Made by a program: the position numbers and the translations under genes. Source: Trichoplax adhaerens (taxonomy: Eukaryota; Animalia; Placozoa). Taken from it: a stretch of DNA of 64,000 nucleotides. The stretch lies in NCBI RefSeq assembly GCF_000150275.1, contig NW_002060954.1, forward strand, positions 806,001 through 870,000, in the 5' to 3' direction. Below the pieces are notes generated by a model that was not told where the DNA came from, made no database searches, and worked only from the letters and a program-made list of their open reading frames with translations. Positions 40,501 through 55,781 of this stretch are shown here, piece after piece. The stretch's first letter is position 1, and each line of letters starts with the position of its first letter.

Positions 40501-43500
40501 TGTTCACAAATGCATTTGCATATGTGATATAGGTTGAACAGTATAGATTTAGTGGTGCTGTAGTCATTGCTAGAGAGCGCATTTCTATAATCGAGAATAG
40601 GAATTTAAGAGAGAGTTATACTACAGATTTGGTAATCAAATCATGCAAATTTACGTTTGCAATTACCTAACTAGATTAAGGGCTGTTAAACAATCTTGAT
40701 TGTTCATCTTGAAATTGGCCAATTTACAATAGTATTGATTTCGTGAGAGGTCAAATAATGACGCATATCTAAAGTGGTTAATGCCGTCACGAATATTCAC
40801 ACAATTAAAAAAATATGCAGAATTTATATCAACATAGAAGAACAAGTTGTACGGACATAACTTCAAAGATAAAGCAATAAACTAACTCTGACCTAGATAA
40901 GTCAGTAAACGTATTTGCTACACCATTGTGGAATGGGTTTTTAATTTTACTTTTCTAAAAACATAAGCAGTAATTTATCAGTATGATGAAAATTATAAGA
41001 CAGGATATTACTAAATAAGGACTGTGAATCAATATACTCGCACATCTTTTCGTAAAGATCCCTCTATGAAATGATCAGTACTCTTAATGAAGAGGTTATT
41101 AAATATTATTTCGCGGTAATCTGGGTTTTCGTAGTGGATCAGAGATAAATCTATACCAAATTTAGTCTAAAAAAGGAACGTATTAGAAAAGGCTGTAAAA
41201 AATTAGTTACGATCTTTACGTACTTGAATTTTTAACACAGCACGGAAAGTATCTTCCATTTCTTTAAGTTCTTCGTGATTTAAGGAGCAGTCTATTAATA
41301 ACGGAACCATAGTTACAAATAGTGCACGCGAATAGGTATACAGAGAAAGTTAAATTTATCCTAAAACGAATCGCGTTTGTATATAACGCACCGAAAGATA
41401 ACAAGTACTTAAGGACTACTAGCGTTGTCTCTAAAATTGCTTTTCGTTCTTCAGTGTCATTCTGTGAAGTTAATAATACGTGCATTTCCATAAAATATTA
41501 AATTGGTGGATTATATTAGACATACATAACAGAGATCGCTTTTCCAAGTAAAAATAAATTATGTCTATATCATTAAAAAATGTAAATAAGTTCTTACCAG
41601 GTCAGGATGTGGTTCATCATTTAGAACAATAGCAATCCACTGGAAGAATTCTCTGATAACAGAAGGCAAGTCTTCACTAGGCAGTACTTTGAGTAATTCG
41701 ATGCTCTCAGAACTCTATTAAAGATAATATAACTTTATATTTCATACCGACTGTAGAATCGCAATTGCAAGAGATCTTAACAATTGATTTTCAAATTAGT
41801 TTTAAGAATAAATATGCCTATACTATACTCTGTTATTTCGACTCAGATCTTGTAAAATGGTAACAAATACAAAATGTTCTGAAAGTGAGCTGTAAATGCG
41901 AATAATCTATAAGAAAATTGCAGTAAAAATAGGTTTGATTACATTCTTTTCTGTCAACTTTTTAATTTATTTTGTTGCATTTGAGTATTTTAAATGTTAT
42001 ACTTTTTTTGCATCGAGCAACTTCATTTGGAAAGATGTATCGGCATGGCAAATTCGCAGCAATGTTCTCTGTATAGTATTAATAAATGAAAGTATTTTAC
42101 TTTGCTAATTATTAAAATTTTGTACATTATATAAGAAGGGATTTTAATTACTTCTGCTTGATTAATGTCTGAAATATTGAAGTTATCGATTCCATATTTT
42201 TGACAGATTTCCTTAACTTCAATTAAACGGTATTCATTTTCAATTTCAAGCTTTCTATAGAGGTATGAAGAATAGTTTACTTATTGAAAATTGTATTGAA
42301 AATATTCAAAATTTTTATATTTACTTCGGATGATCTATAGTCATCGAGTTTTCTACAAGAGCCTTAACATTATCACTCCAAGGCAGGCCAGCATGCCGCA
42401 TAATTTCCATGGTAGCTTCAATTACATACTAAAGGACAATAAGAATAATTTCTGTCTCTAAAGTATTAATCCGAAAGAAATATCGGCAAATAAAAATGGG
42501 ATTTACTTGATTATTCCTTATGACATTGACGACAGCAACCGCTCTGGTTTCCCATAAAGCTCCAGGTAATGAATTGTAAGATATCTTGTCTAACCATTCC
42601 TAATTACATAATGGTTTCGGATTAATATAGTCCATAGCAAGATATATCAACTATTTTGGAATTTATTTAATACTCGTATACTGCCTTCCTTACTTTGATA
42701 TATTCCGAAAATACTTTGTCATCAGATACACCATAGTCTGTCATGTATTTTCTAATGCTGCTGTTTACTACCGAGGGAATTAATTCCGCAGCTTTTATAT
42801 TCTCTAGTAAATTGAAAATTATTGATCTGGGAGTTGCCTGATAAAAATGAAAGTTGAAATTAGTGCAATCAAATGTTGTTAACAATGAATTAGTCCTTAC
42901 CTTTTTTAGTTCTTCAAGTTTCAATTTGCAATTGTATGTTTTATACAGTTTTTCTAGTTCTGCGAGATAAGTGACCAATTCTCGAATTTCTCCGAAATTG
43001 TTTGTGCCGTTGACCTATAATAATGTCAATTCTCTTGAAATTTAACCCACGGTAATTCAAAACAACTTGCACTGCCTTATCTAATGATGTCAGCTAAGAA
43101 GCTATATAACATTAATAGAACTCTACCTGATCTTCGTCGATGTTCGTACGTTGTATTCCAAAAGAAAGCTACAATTATCGAATATAAGATTTCAAGCCAT
43201 GACATAAATAATGAATTCAAGCTAAAATAGTATTTTCAGTATTTAATTCAGTAAGTTACCATATTGGTATAATCAAAAGGGGACTTCCTTAGAAGGCTAG
43301 TTGTTAGAAGTGATTGCCCAGCTTCGCTTACTAAATTGACTAACTCTAATGCATTCATCGGCCATCCATCCTAATAATTCCGTACACAGCATATTTTGTA
43401 TTAATTTAGATCTCAGTTACAAATTTAGATATTCATTGAATTTGTTAGCGTCTACCCTTTCCTCCATATCCTTCACAATTCGTATTACCCAACCACAGAG

Positions 43501-46500
43501 CTTACTCTATGCATAAAAGAATCACATTATATAGGTAAATGTAATTTTTTAGATATTATATAGATAACCACCTGAATATTTTGTGATTGTTTGAAAACAA
43601 ATGGGACAATACAGTCTCTTAATAACGAAGCATAGGACGAGATGCAAGCATCAATAGGTATACTTGACAATATGCAATCAATATCATAGCTTGTTAGCTC
43701 AAGCTCATGTAGATGTCGCTGCCAAACGATTTGCACAGAAGAAAAGCTTCTATCCATTAAAAAATTCTTCATTACTTTCACTATACTTGACTGCAAGAAC
43801 TGCTGCCACTTGAAACCACTAAAATTAAAATTTCATAGTTGGTAAACGGTTACTAACATTCATATTTCAAAGTTAACAAACCTAAAAGATGATTCCGAAA
43901 CGATTAAGAAAGTTCCCAACCGTAATAGATGAGTTTCTACCTATAAAAACGGATTACTTGTTCTTATATATATTAAGATACGAGGAAATTCAATCTATTT
44001 ACTCTTCTGAATAAAAAAAAGATTGTAGTTTCTGACTGATTAAATTGAAGCTAATTACTAACTTGTCCTTTAAGTTCCTGTGTTTCTTCGTTGGTGAATT
44101 TATCAGGTACTGCATTTTGTTTATCTAGCTGCATTGTTTAGAAATAAGTAAGCTCTCAATATTCGCCTTTTTATTGTAGCAAATGGAGTTAATACTTATC
44201 ACCTACCCTGTTCCTAGCATATACTAAGAGCTTATGCACATGATCAACATTTGAAAGTCCTGAATTTGAACATATTCTAACAATGTCGGCGTTACTCTAG
44301 ATGAGTACAAAGACGCGTAATTAAGCTATTGTATAGAATTTATAATATGCAAATTTTTTTAAGTGTACACTATTTCAATAATCATCAGAAATTGTAATAG
44401 CACATGAAACCTTTATATTATCTAGCGTTTCTGTTAAAGTGTTGAATAAATTTCCTGGGGTATCAGGTGAGAGATTGGAGTTAGCTTCGCTTGCGATCGC
44501 TTTTCCTAAAAGCCAATCCGCCTTCACCATATAAACGAGCTAAATTTTGCAAACATCCGAATAGAATTAATCAGTATGTTAAGAATATTCTGATAACGTT
44601 AATAAGAAAAAATTTGCGATTTTTGACAAACAACGTTTATGAACCTGGATTTCTTCATCGCCAAATTGATATAAATGAGCGAAGTCGAGCGCTTCCTGAT
44701 ATCTTCCTTTGTGGAGTAGGTAACTAAATCTGTATGTATAGCGGAATCATCAGTATCTTATACAAGTAGGTGAGCACAATTGAAAGTTTACCTTTGAGAC
44801 GGCGATGATTCCCGTATAGATTTTACGCGCATAGCAGGTAAGCTTATAAGGAAATGAAAAATTAGTTATCTAGTTTATTGAAGGGTAAATACGTTCTACT
44901 AATTGATTCTAGACATTGTAAATGTATACACGTATAACGTACCTATTATCATCACTGAATGATCGACTTTCAATGAAAAAGACATTATCCTGAAAATAAA
45001 TATGTATGCCTGTGTTAGATACGGTATTCATATAGTAACTCTAAATATATGCGTGCCAACCTTATTTCCATTCATCTCAATTAAGTATGTCGAAGTTGAC
45101 GCTGAAACGCTATATATCTTATGAAGGAACGGCATGGATAAGACATGAATGAAATAGTTCTAAAATGTAAAGAAACCACCAATAAAGTGAGCTGTTACTA
45201 ACAGTACTATTAAAAGTGGTAAAGATCAACAACAACATAGACGATGCAACGATTGTGCTGATGTATTGCTTTTGGCTATTATACAATACAACATAATTAT
45301 TGTGGCTTAACCTCATTTTCGTTAGATAAGATAAATAGCTTTTGCGAGTTAGGTTGCTTCTGGCTGAAGATAAAGTTGATAATAAGGTTTAAAATCTGGA
45401 TAAATATGAAATATTTCATATCTTTAATATTGAAAGCGCACCGGTAGCTAAATACAGAATTATGGATTTTCAAGGAATCGGTGCCACATAAGAAATTTTC
45501 TACTTTATGTTCTTGCCATAATTTCATCATGAACAAGGTTAGTAACGAACAAGCCCAAAGGCTTAAAGATTTCTACAAGATATCACAAAGGAGCAAAGAT
45601 TGACAAATAGATAGCACGCTATATGGTTGCCGTATATCAGAAATCTACGATTATAGCAGCAGAATTGCACACAGTCTCCAAACGTACGTCGCTATGGAGG
45701 ACCAATAGCAAATTGCGATCAACAAGACAGCATTTACAGATCGAAGTACCTAAAATGAAAGCTCCATTTTTATAACATTGATCTCAGACAATAAAATTAA
45801 TGAGTCACTAGCTTCTACGCTAACCTAAAAATTCAGAAGAAATCGAATGAACTACATTGTAGGTGTCTTCACTTGGAATTTCTAAAACACATAAAGGTTC
45901 GTTTCCTTTACCCTAAAATTGAAAGCACATTATCGTTACAAACGTAGATAAGTTATCATAGATATTCATATATTTAGTATGCTTTACCCCAATCACTAAA
46001 AGATACGATAACTCAAAGGTAGGTTGATATGTCATACAAACGGGCTCATCAATATATTGAGAAATATCATGGCTCAGTACTCGAATGTTATCTGTTATCT
46101 GTAATGATCAATTATAAGTTACCATAATATTGCATGTTAGCATTCCTTGACGATAGGTAATATTTGAAAAAGTTTTAAGAACTCTTAGATTAATTTACTA
46201 TTCCAGGAAGAAAATAGCGGATAAAGTAGTGTGACAACGAAATATCTATAGGATAAAATTAGTTACTAACGAACCTGTGATAACATTGGAATATTACCGC
46301 CATCAATAGCTTTAAATCAATAGTAACACAGTAGATTAATTTCAAAAATATTTGGACGTTACATTGATTTCAAACGCTGTAGAACGATGGATAAACTAAT
46401 ATAGCGCTTACCCTTTAGTAGTTCTCTTAAATTTAGATGAGTAATTCTCATTAATAGTCCGGATGACATTAAAAGTAGTATCTGGCAATGATCCTCTGCG

Positions 46501-48810
46501 TGAAAGAAATATGATAAACTTATTTTAATGAAACCATTATCTTTTTGTGATGACTTAACAGCAGTGTACTATCTTAACTTACAACCACTTACCATTTGAT
46601 CTATCTGGTATTACCGCTATTGAACAAAATATTTTTTTTTCATGTTTGTCAACGTTTACATCAATGATTTTCTGAAATAAATGTATTTCTTTAGCGCTAT
46701 ATTTTAGTTCATTGTTATATCTAAGCATTTGGTTAAACTGTAAAATAATTGGTCATGTTACTGTCATCGATGTGATTCCTTACCTTAGAAAATAAAATTT
46801 GTTCTTTTTCAATATTTAAAAAGTGTAAACAGCCGGACCTGTAATTAAATTTAAACGAATCAATATTACTATGGTAAAAATCGGTATGATTTCGTATAGT
46901 ACTAATATACTAAGTCCAGCCCGTAGATCGTAGCATGTTCGATTATTGCGATCTCAACTTGCCTATCTCCAATTATGAGACAAGAACCGTCAATACTCCA
47001 AGCCAATGCATCAACCAAAGTTTCTAGGAAAGTAATTGTAACAAATATGCATTATGCGTTTAATTATATTATCCTAGATGTTGACGAAATTAACTACAAA
47101 GATGAATATACAAAGATTATAATAGAATAAAAAGCTATTTATACATACAGTATACTGTATTATGCATAATTACATACATACTACCGTCCTTATTAATAAG
47201 GCAAGTAAATTATATCGTTTACAACCTAAGTCTCACAGCTGTAGCAGAGTATAGTTCGTGTAATCTTTACAAACAGAGCATTCTTTATAGTATCTTCATA
47301 CTTGATAAAATAACTATAGTTCACCGTACACAAATGTATGGCAAATCGATCATAAATAGTAAGGAAAAATGGAACGTTGGGAGTAATTTGAAATGCAGAT
47401 AGCTGCTTTAAAGTTTGCTCTCTATGTTTACACACTGCGCGAATTAGTTATTACGGTGCATTAGAAACTATAAAAGCGAGTCTTACAGTATAATAACTTT
47501 ACTGGTAATACTTGCTATCAATTTGTGTATATAAGCCGGTAATATGTGTACGTATAGCACACTAATTATAGAGTTTCTTCAAGTAATAACTGCAGTAAGG
47601 TGTTTTTCTCTCATTAAAAGGCATGAAAGATAACCGGTGGGTGCTTATTAGAGTAGGCAATGACGAACATCACTAAAATTTCTGTAAACCTTCTCTTTAA
47701 AACGGAGTTGGTCAGTTTACAACTAAATCTATTCTAAATTTTTAAAGAATTGATCGAAGGCTAGGATCATGGCTATCTCATTATAAAAATCGTTAAGATG
47801 ACTGCTCCGAATGTATATTGAAGTATGTTTACTTTCAGGGGATTATTTGTCTTGGTCATGTTTCAATACTATATACAGCCAATAAATAAATACAATCAAT
47901 GATATTGTACAATCTCGGCATGATTTAGTACTTAGAATTACTTAAATATGAAAACATTAAAGGTATACAAAACACTATATTATGGTTTCTGTATTATACC
48001 AAATTTGATGGTTGTTTTATGTAATAGACCAGCTGTGGCGTCAAAAAGGAGCAAGTTACTATCGATGGCAATACAAAGATGTTCCTCGTTTGCTATTCCT
48101 AAAACGCTTGGATTATTTTCCACCTGTTATAGACGTAGATTAAAAAATCATTTCCATTGTAGGATGTAGTTTTACAAAGTAGTTTACAGCTATTCAGTCA
48201 CTATAGGTATGTTTGAGAGATAAAACGAATGATGTATTACTATTAAATATAAATTAGTATTGACCATTTAATATACTGTATGTTCTAATTTACAGCTGTT
48301 GTGATATGTAGAAATAAAAGAACACATTTATAAACTCTTTGAAGACTCGTGAGAATTCTGTAACTTTGGAACAGATACTGTAGAGTGCACAATTTAAATT
48401 ACTACTTTAAATAATCATTAAATATAGTATACATTTAATCTACTATTGCTATTTGAACATAGGGGATTACAGTGCATAAAATCATTCAATTCAAAACACA
48501 TATCAAATCTGCAGTATTTTGACCTAAGAAACTTCCACTGTTGTATACTAACATCAGATATGGCTGTACTTTATGTATCAGTATAATAATCTATGATTTA
48601 AATAGATAGTATTCTAAATATTATAACTATAGCATCGCACAGTAAATTAACCAATTGTGCATTATGTGCACTCACATTTTGCGTTGCTTTGACAATGGCA
48701 ACATTGTCTAATTGAAAAACTGGATTATCTTGAATCTTCTTAGGGGTAAGTAAACTGGTTACACAGTCGTCACCAGCGGAAATCGATACATCTAGGCTTT
48801 CCCAAGACAT
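34519..48810 (-). CDS. KNTC1: Kinetochore-associated protein 1 (Rod, RZZ complex), very many short exons
   Basis: ~14-kb multi-exon gene starting MSWESLDV. Recognisable Rod segments: IVWQRH, GWVIRIVKDMEER, GWPMNAL, ALWETRAVAV, LPWSDNV, KPSQLIRELYNH, DIHGITSAIAQIN, RKRALQVLLTIA, AVDLCLDYKVYDKVIWNNIL. The last exon ends ...MEPSS* at 34519. Internal exon boundaries are not fully resolved. Confidence 0.9.
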
Positions 48811-50081
48811 TTCTTTCCTTTTACGTTACTGAGGGATCTGGCAAAAGTTGAATTCAAATAGACCTCTACGTAAGCGTATGACAGTATGCATGATATTAAA
48901 TGGATGTGTATATTTTTACGTTGACAAAAGCTGTATAGATGCAAGTGTATGCATCATGCAACACAGACGTATTTCATTGACTAAAATAGTAAAGAAAAAT
49001 GATAGAGTGCAATGGACTATCGTTGGCGCTGCAGTCTTTTATAATCCTTCCGACCAAGAGCATATACAAGTATTGTTGCTAATTTTGCTTCCTTGTATAC
49101 AGTAGCTGATTATAGCGAGTATGAGTGTAATAAAGCAATCAAGTAAAGGAAACTTCAGATATTGAAATCAAGGATTATTACTGCTATGTGCTAGACATAA
49201 AATATGTATAATCCATTGCAGTTTTATGATCTGGGAGGTGAACCGTGGTCACTCCATGGCTACGCTACACCTCAGAGAATGGCATTTTCACTTAGTAAAC
49301 ATTTGGATTAATGCTATGATTGAAGGAGGATTTTCCAACTACACAGAGAGTTTATATTTAGTCAGTCATTCATATCCATTGTACAGTATGCACCGTAAAT
49401 GCAGTCCCTTTCCACTAGGCATTGGTGAGCGTTAAAATTGCAGATTCATTTAGCAGTATCATTTTATAATCTGTAGTTATTTAACAATTGAATAGTACGT
49501 TATAATCATCAACCACTTAAGGCAATCGTGATTGTTGGACAGTATCCCTTTCAGATTGCAAAATGAGCTTTTTACTTTTTACAGTCTAGAACGCTACGAC
49601 TACATACAGTGTGCAGTAAACGTTTCTGATGCTACACTTGAGTCATGTTTACGTACGCTCATCATCGTCTCACAACTAAAAAGTAAATTGTTACTTTATG
49701 AAGTTTGGTAAACGTAATCTTACCTTCTTCCGAGATTAGCTTAAAATATCGTCTATCAGACAGTTCGTAAAATAAAAAGGTTATTGCATATTTGAAACAG
49801 TTTAGCCAAAGGTTTTTGATTGAGAATGATGATATTGCCCTTGTCCAAGGTCTTGGCATTCCACTCTCTTTTCTCATACGGACTCGTAACTGTACTAGAC
49901 TGACTGTACAGGATGGTGTAGACTCATGCCCAGTATGGTCACTTCACCGACTGATCGACTCACACAGTCAATAAGAAGTAGTTTATCAGTAGGCACGGTA
50001 CCAAACTTAAGGACGCTCTACAGCATTTAATACAGTACCCTAACCAGTTTCCATGCACTACACTCATACTGATTTTCCGAC

Positions 50082-50090
50082 TTTTCCCGC
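50082..50090 (+). promoter_or_regulatory. Canonical E2F-type site (TTTTCCCGC) in the KNTC1/Sororin divergent promoter
   Basis: Matches TTTSSCGC and lies between two mitotic genes. Function is inferred only. Confidence 0.4.
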
Positions 50091-51468
50091 TAAAAACCAA
50101 AATCAAAAATTTTCCAAACAAAAGGTACAGTCCGTCCAGCACAGTACATGTACTGTAGCTGTAGTGTACATTGTACTGTACTACCTTAGAATTGGAGTGG
50201 TAGTGTAGTGCACTAAGCAACCAACTTGTTGCATCGTCAACCCTTGTATGGTCCTGCACACGGTACTGTATTTTACCGTATTACGGCCCAGTACAGTACT
50301 AGTTACTCGGCAGTGATCTACAGACAACCGCCATCATATCGTCGTCAAGCGTCCGTCAATGGACCCCAGTAGATAACGGGTAAGCGCAGACATGATTGCA
50401 ATAAATTAAAGTAAAGAAATACAAGTAGATTAAAATTCTAATATAGAGGAAATTTAGTATTGCAGTTAAATCGGTCCATGTTGTAAGTTATCAGCGATTT
50501 TCGTGAAAAAAATTTCGATCAAATGATTTCAAAAGTGTATATACTGTAGTGGCCAGGCTATGTTAAAATCTTCAAAAACGGACACATCCTGCCCAATTAT
50601 AAAACCAAATTAATTAATCCCTTTTTTTTCAAATATTATTTATCGACTATTCAAGATAAAATATTGCTGTAGTTGCTAAAAAATTCTGTATTGTATGTTC
50701 ACCGACTTGATATTTAATGAATGGTTAAACCAGAATTCTTGATTCCTTCTTCTACAGTACAGTACAGTATCTTGTTAACGCATCCGTTTATACTACTGTA
50801 GTTGTTTTCAACGCCGCAAATCCTCTGTACAATGTGATCCCTTTTAAAACTTTGATATGTTTGCATAGTAAAAACGAGAACGAAGACGCACAAAAATACC
50901 AATCATTATTAAAACTATGTATTTGTGATCAATATTGTACGAATTGATGCAAAAATTACAATGTCTAGTGTAAGGGATCGCTTCGTGCATGGAGTCTATA
51001 CGCAGAAAATAGTGATCACACGAGACGATTAGATAATTCTTTCTTCTCAACTTTCATACGCGCTATTGACGTTTCCTCACCTAGTGAAAGTAAAAATAAT
51101 GCTGTAAGCTGGTATCAAGTTGCAGTATCTTACCGCTGTAGAGGCTTCTGCATCACTACGAAAAAGAATGCATACAGTACAGTGCAATCTTGTGTAAATC
51201 AGATTAAGTGCTTCCTTTACAGTTGTGTAAAAATATCGCTATTCCAAGGCAAATTGATAGGCCGTGTGATGCTGTCAGGTAGTTTAGTGACCATAATTTC
51301 TTGTAAATTTACACTCTAAAATGTTACAGCTAAGCGGGAATAAACAGTACTCTAGGAAATCGTTTCACTTCCAATAATTATCAATGGAAAGCATGCATGC
51401 ATTAGCTAATTCTAAGTCCTAAATTGCAATTGTATGTTAGATTAGAATACATTTGTAATCAATATACA

Positions 51469-52962
51469 ATGGAAGAAAGAAAGTTAAGATCTCGAAAAAG
51501 GAAAACAAGGAGTAATTTATCGGTAAGTACATATGTAAGGCATGGCATATCCTTACTGTAAAATGCTTAGCTACTTTGTGAACATATCATAAAGTGTGAA
51601 CTTAATTTAAATTTACGTCATGAATTTTATGAACTGATCTGATATGCCTTATCCTAGTACTACGTACTACGTCTACTTACTCCTATGCTGATCATAAACC
51701 GTTAAGTACAGAACAGTCTCCTTTACGCATCAAAAGTCCTTACGACATGCAGATCTGCTTAGTATTTGCCAGAAAGCGAGTGGGTTAGATGATTGCCGGT
51801 ATTCGTGCATCATTACTAGTTGTACAATTCATGTACTCTACAGTAGAAGTTATCACTTGAAATACATTGGTATACTGTACAGTAAGTCTTAAATTAATAT
51901 GTACAGTAATATCAATTTGCAGTAGTGATATACGATATGGTAGCCGATTGAACTATCTAAAATTACTTTTAAAGGCAATTGTAGTCCATGATCATATTAC
52001 TCAATGAATACAAATTAAGCTTTATTTTTACAAAATAATTTCATCACGCAAGAGATAAGTAAATACGAGTGCACTAATTTCTGCGGTATTTTGCTAAATC
52101 TAATTGATGTACACAATTAAAATGACTTGCAATTTTATACACGAATCTGATGTACTTTCGCGTAATATGGTATAGTATGTTAAATTGAGAATTTGATGTG
52201 ATAGCTCGGTCGTTTAACAGTCTGGCCTATTTATGGAGCGCCTAATTTTTACACAGATTAAATACAGATCATAATTATTTGTTCCTAACCTTTCCTTCAA
52301 TTATATTTGTTGTATAAACCCTAGGAAAATGATAAAGAGAAAGAACTATTGCCAGGGCTTAGATCTGAGCTATTTGATTCCCCTAATAAACTTAATACAC
52401 CGGCCAATATCAAATTTTCAAGTACCTTAGACGAATCAAATAATCTTGTATTAGAAGATTCCTGTTTTGGATTTAACTTCTTAGAATCTGAACTCGAATC
52501 CTTGCCCACGTCACCTACAAAATCGGTTTCCTCTGTTACATCTTCAATGTATTCGATGAACGATAACTGCAAACCTGCTCATAGGAGAGCATCTAGGTCT
52601 TATTCTAGGATTCCTTTACAAGAAATTGACAATGAACAACCCTCTAAGAAAAAATCTAAAAAATCTAAGAAAGCCAAATTAGAGGTATAGTAACGAGATC
52701 AAGATCAAATAATTAATTTTACTCATATCCAATGTTATCCTAGACAAATGTATGCATAACATGTAGGTTACATATACCTATTATAATCTAAAATTTTACC
52801 ACTGTGTTTACCAAAGATACTATTCAAAATTTAATGCATGGTTCGTAAATCCTAATAAGCTGTTATCTATCTAATTAGGACGAACGTGACCGTAAAGATT
52901 GGATAGAAAGCGTTACTTCGGAATTTGATATGATTGGCTCTCATGAATTGAAAATTGTCTAA
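51469..52962 (+). CDS. CDCA5: Sororin/CDCA5-like cohesin regulator (exons 51469-51522, 52325-52684, 52879-52962)
   Basis: In-frame GT-AG splicing. Contains an FGF motif (DSCFGFNF), S/T-P sites, a basic patch (KKKSKKSKK) and a C-terminal Sororin-domain-like DWIESVTSEFDMIGSHELKIV*. Confidence 0.8.
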
Positions 52963-55206
52963 TATGCATAATACGGCCTATTTGGTGTAAATTGTTCACT
53001 TGGAATTGCTTTTGTGATATTAGACAGCACATCAATTTAATTTTGTACAAATTTATACGATACCTAAATATTATTTATATGATACGTGTATGCTGTTATC
53101 ATTCGTTAATCAATTTTAAATGTACTAGAATTTAAACGATCGTTTTACAAGTATGCGCTATCGTGGCGTTTTTATTGTAGTTTAATTTCTTCCAGTAACC
53201 GAAGGCAGCTGAACCTAAATTCGATTAATTATTGTCACCCCAGATCAATACCAGCTACCACGTAATAAGTTATCTTTATACTGTATATACGTACATATAT
53301 ATATATATAAAATACGGCTGTAATGTTACGGTGAGGCTTTGTTCTCTTCAGTATATTCTCTTTTAAATAACTGGTGAAGTTTATCTGTTTACGGTGCAGC
53401 ATAAACTGCTCTAAACATCTGTAATCTGTAATTGTCAAACTTCTTAGTTTATTTTCCGATAGCTATAGAGTATTAGTATCCAAATACATGAATAAAATAC
53501 GGTATTATGAAAGAGCATGCATGGTATCTGCTTAAAGGTTTGACTTATTTACTACATGATTTGCTCAGTAGGGCTCTGGATTTGAGTTATCTAATGGACT
53601 ATGGTATGACCAGGAGTCTATTAGGAGTAACGGTGCTACGTCTCTTGAGTGGTGATGCAATATGCGTTTGTACAGGTTAAGTAGTATTCTTAGTAAAATT
53701 CAATACGTTACTCCAAAGTGCCATCATTGTTTTGGTCTCGTGATGCTATGACTGATAACTCGTCTTCAAATAATGTAGTTTATAGTATATGAGTAGCGAG
53801 GTTTCTCGTCAAGTATCGTATACGAGTACAGTTATGCGAGACTAAAATTCAGAATCGATCTTCATCATTAGTGATAATAAAGCTTGTACGAAAAAAAATA
53901 TTACATATTCAACCAGATTTAATTGCTGGTCATCATATACCCTGTAAAGGCGCTATTTTATATTCCATGATACACTGTCATACGTGTTATACAAAAGACA
54001 AAGAGATCATTCATTATACCATTAAATAGGTCTCTTTCTAGAAATTCCTAGTGCAAGTAAATGCTCCTATATATATTTCTTGAATTTCTTGTAAGAGGTA
54101 AAAAGTTATAGTGGTATATGATAGCTATAATCCTTCATTTAACAATATACAACGATAACTCCCCTGAATAGAAATTGTGCTGATGAAATTAATTAATAAA
54201 TATATGCTTAGACTCTATGTAATGCAATATAGAGCCATTAACGCATCATGAAGAGTGCTGAGTGAGAATAATGAATCGCAGCAATATCTACACCGCATTT
54301 TAATACATTGTGACTGGAATACTACTCTGTTGTTGATACAAACAATAAACTCTGTAAAGTTAAAATGTAAAGGATTTAGTTTTTAGGGTGAACTATGAGA
54401 TACAATTAATTGGCTAAATTGCTCTAACTGATTAGTATTACCGGTATTACTTTAATAAATAACTTATGCAATCATATTTTCGAATTTATGCTAAATTGTT
54501 ACATATTGTACGTGTTCAACATTGACTTTGCTATGTATGATATAAGCGTATCCAAAGTTTCGCGATCCATATCATTTTCTTAGAGACAGGAATTGAAGTA
54601 AGCAATACAGTAACTGATTACACTCAGTATGGTCCTATATTTTACAACTTACGTAAATGTGATTAGGCTACTCGATCTAAACTTTACTGTAATACACTCG
54701 TATTTTATATTCAGGTATACAATATAGGTATTCTCATGAAAAATCCGAGCGTCGCTATCGATTTAGATTGAGTGTATTTGCATTTTAAAAGCTCCTCATA
54801 TGTATAGGATAGTGATACACATTATACGAACATTCGTAAATTTAGAGTTGTATTCTGGAAATGTCTAAAGTTATCTACGATAATTATGTTACTGATCCGG
54901 CATTACGATAATCATGACGTTGTGGTATATCATCTCAGTACTGTACATTAGTAAGTACAGTATATATACAGTAAGTACATTACGATACGTAATGGAATTT
55001 GGCCTTAATAAGATCTACCGATAAAAAGTGTCAAACTGAGGTAACTATAGTATTCCACTAGTATCAGATGGCGATATATTTAGGATTGCTATTTCCATTC
55101 ATTATACACAAAAGATTAGATACATTATTCGCCGCAGATGACATGTACGTAAGTAAAATGTCAATATAGAATTAAAGTACAGTAGACGTATACTCCACTA
55201 ATCTTA

Positions 55207-55378
55207 TAAGTTAGTCCGTGTAGTGACTGTATAATTTAATAAGTTAGTCTATGTAGTGACTATATAATTTGGTAAGTTAGTCTATGTAGTGACTGTATAA
55301 TTTGGTAAGTTAGTCTATGTAGCGACTGTATAATTTTATAAGTTAGTCTATCATGCTCAGTAGTGACGGTATAATTTC
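55207..55378. repeat. 33-bp minisatellite, about 5 copies
   Basis: taagttagtctatgtagtgactgtataatttgg repeated head-to-tail; the last copy carries an insertion. Confidence 0.95.
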
Positions 55379-55700
55379 CACAAATGGGGGCAATACTCGT
55401 CGTATACGCGTATTTTTGCTTTCATATTATCGTTTAGAGTAACAAGCCCGCATCATGCCCGCGAGACTTCGATCTAATAATAATGAATAATAATATTATA
55501 TCTACTAATACAGTGTTATATAATATGAAATCAATCTTAAAAATGCGAATCTATTTTTACAATAATTAATGCTGTTGGTTACGTATTTAATTAGAATAAT
55601 TAATTCTATCATAATATAGTCATTTTATCAATGTATCGCTACCACCAGTACTGTATGTGATCAGTGTACCATAATAGTCGATGATAACACTACTGTACTC

Positions 55701-55781
55701 CTAGAATAATGTATCATCGTTTAAGCTATTTACGCTGAGTATCTGAATAATCGGGGTTATTATGGCTGAGCCTACTGTACG
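55701..55781 (+). repeat. Dispersed, diverged copy of the sequence in the 28.1-28.4 kb inverted repeat
   Basis: tagaataatgtatcatcgtttaagctatttacgctgagtatctgaataatcggggttattatggctgagcctactgtacg aligns with ~28254-28333. Confidence 0.9.

Noticed and set aside
55207-55378. CRISPR-like array (33-bp repeats)
   Set aside because: Repeats are contiguous with no unique spacers, there are no cas genes and the context is eukaryotic. It is a minisatellite.
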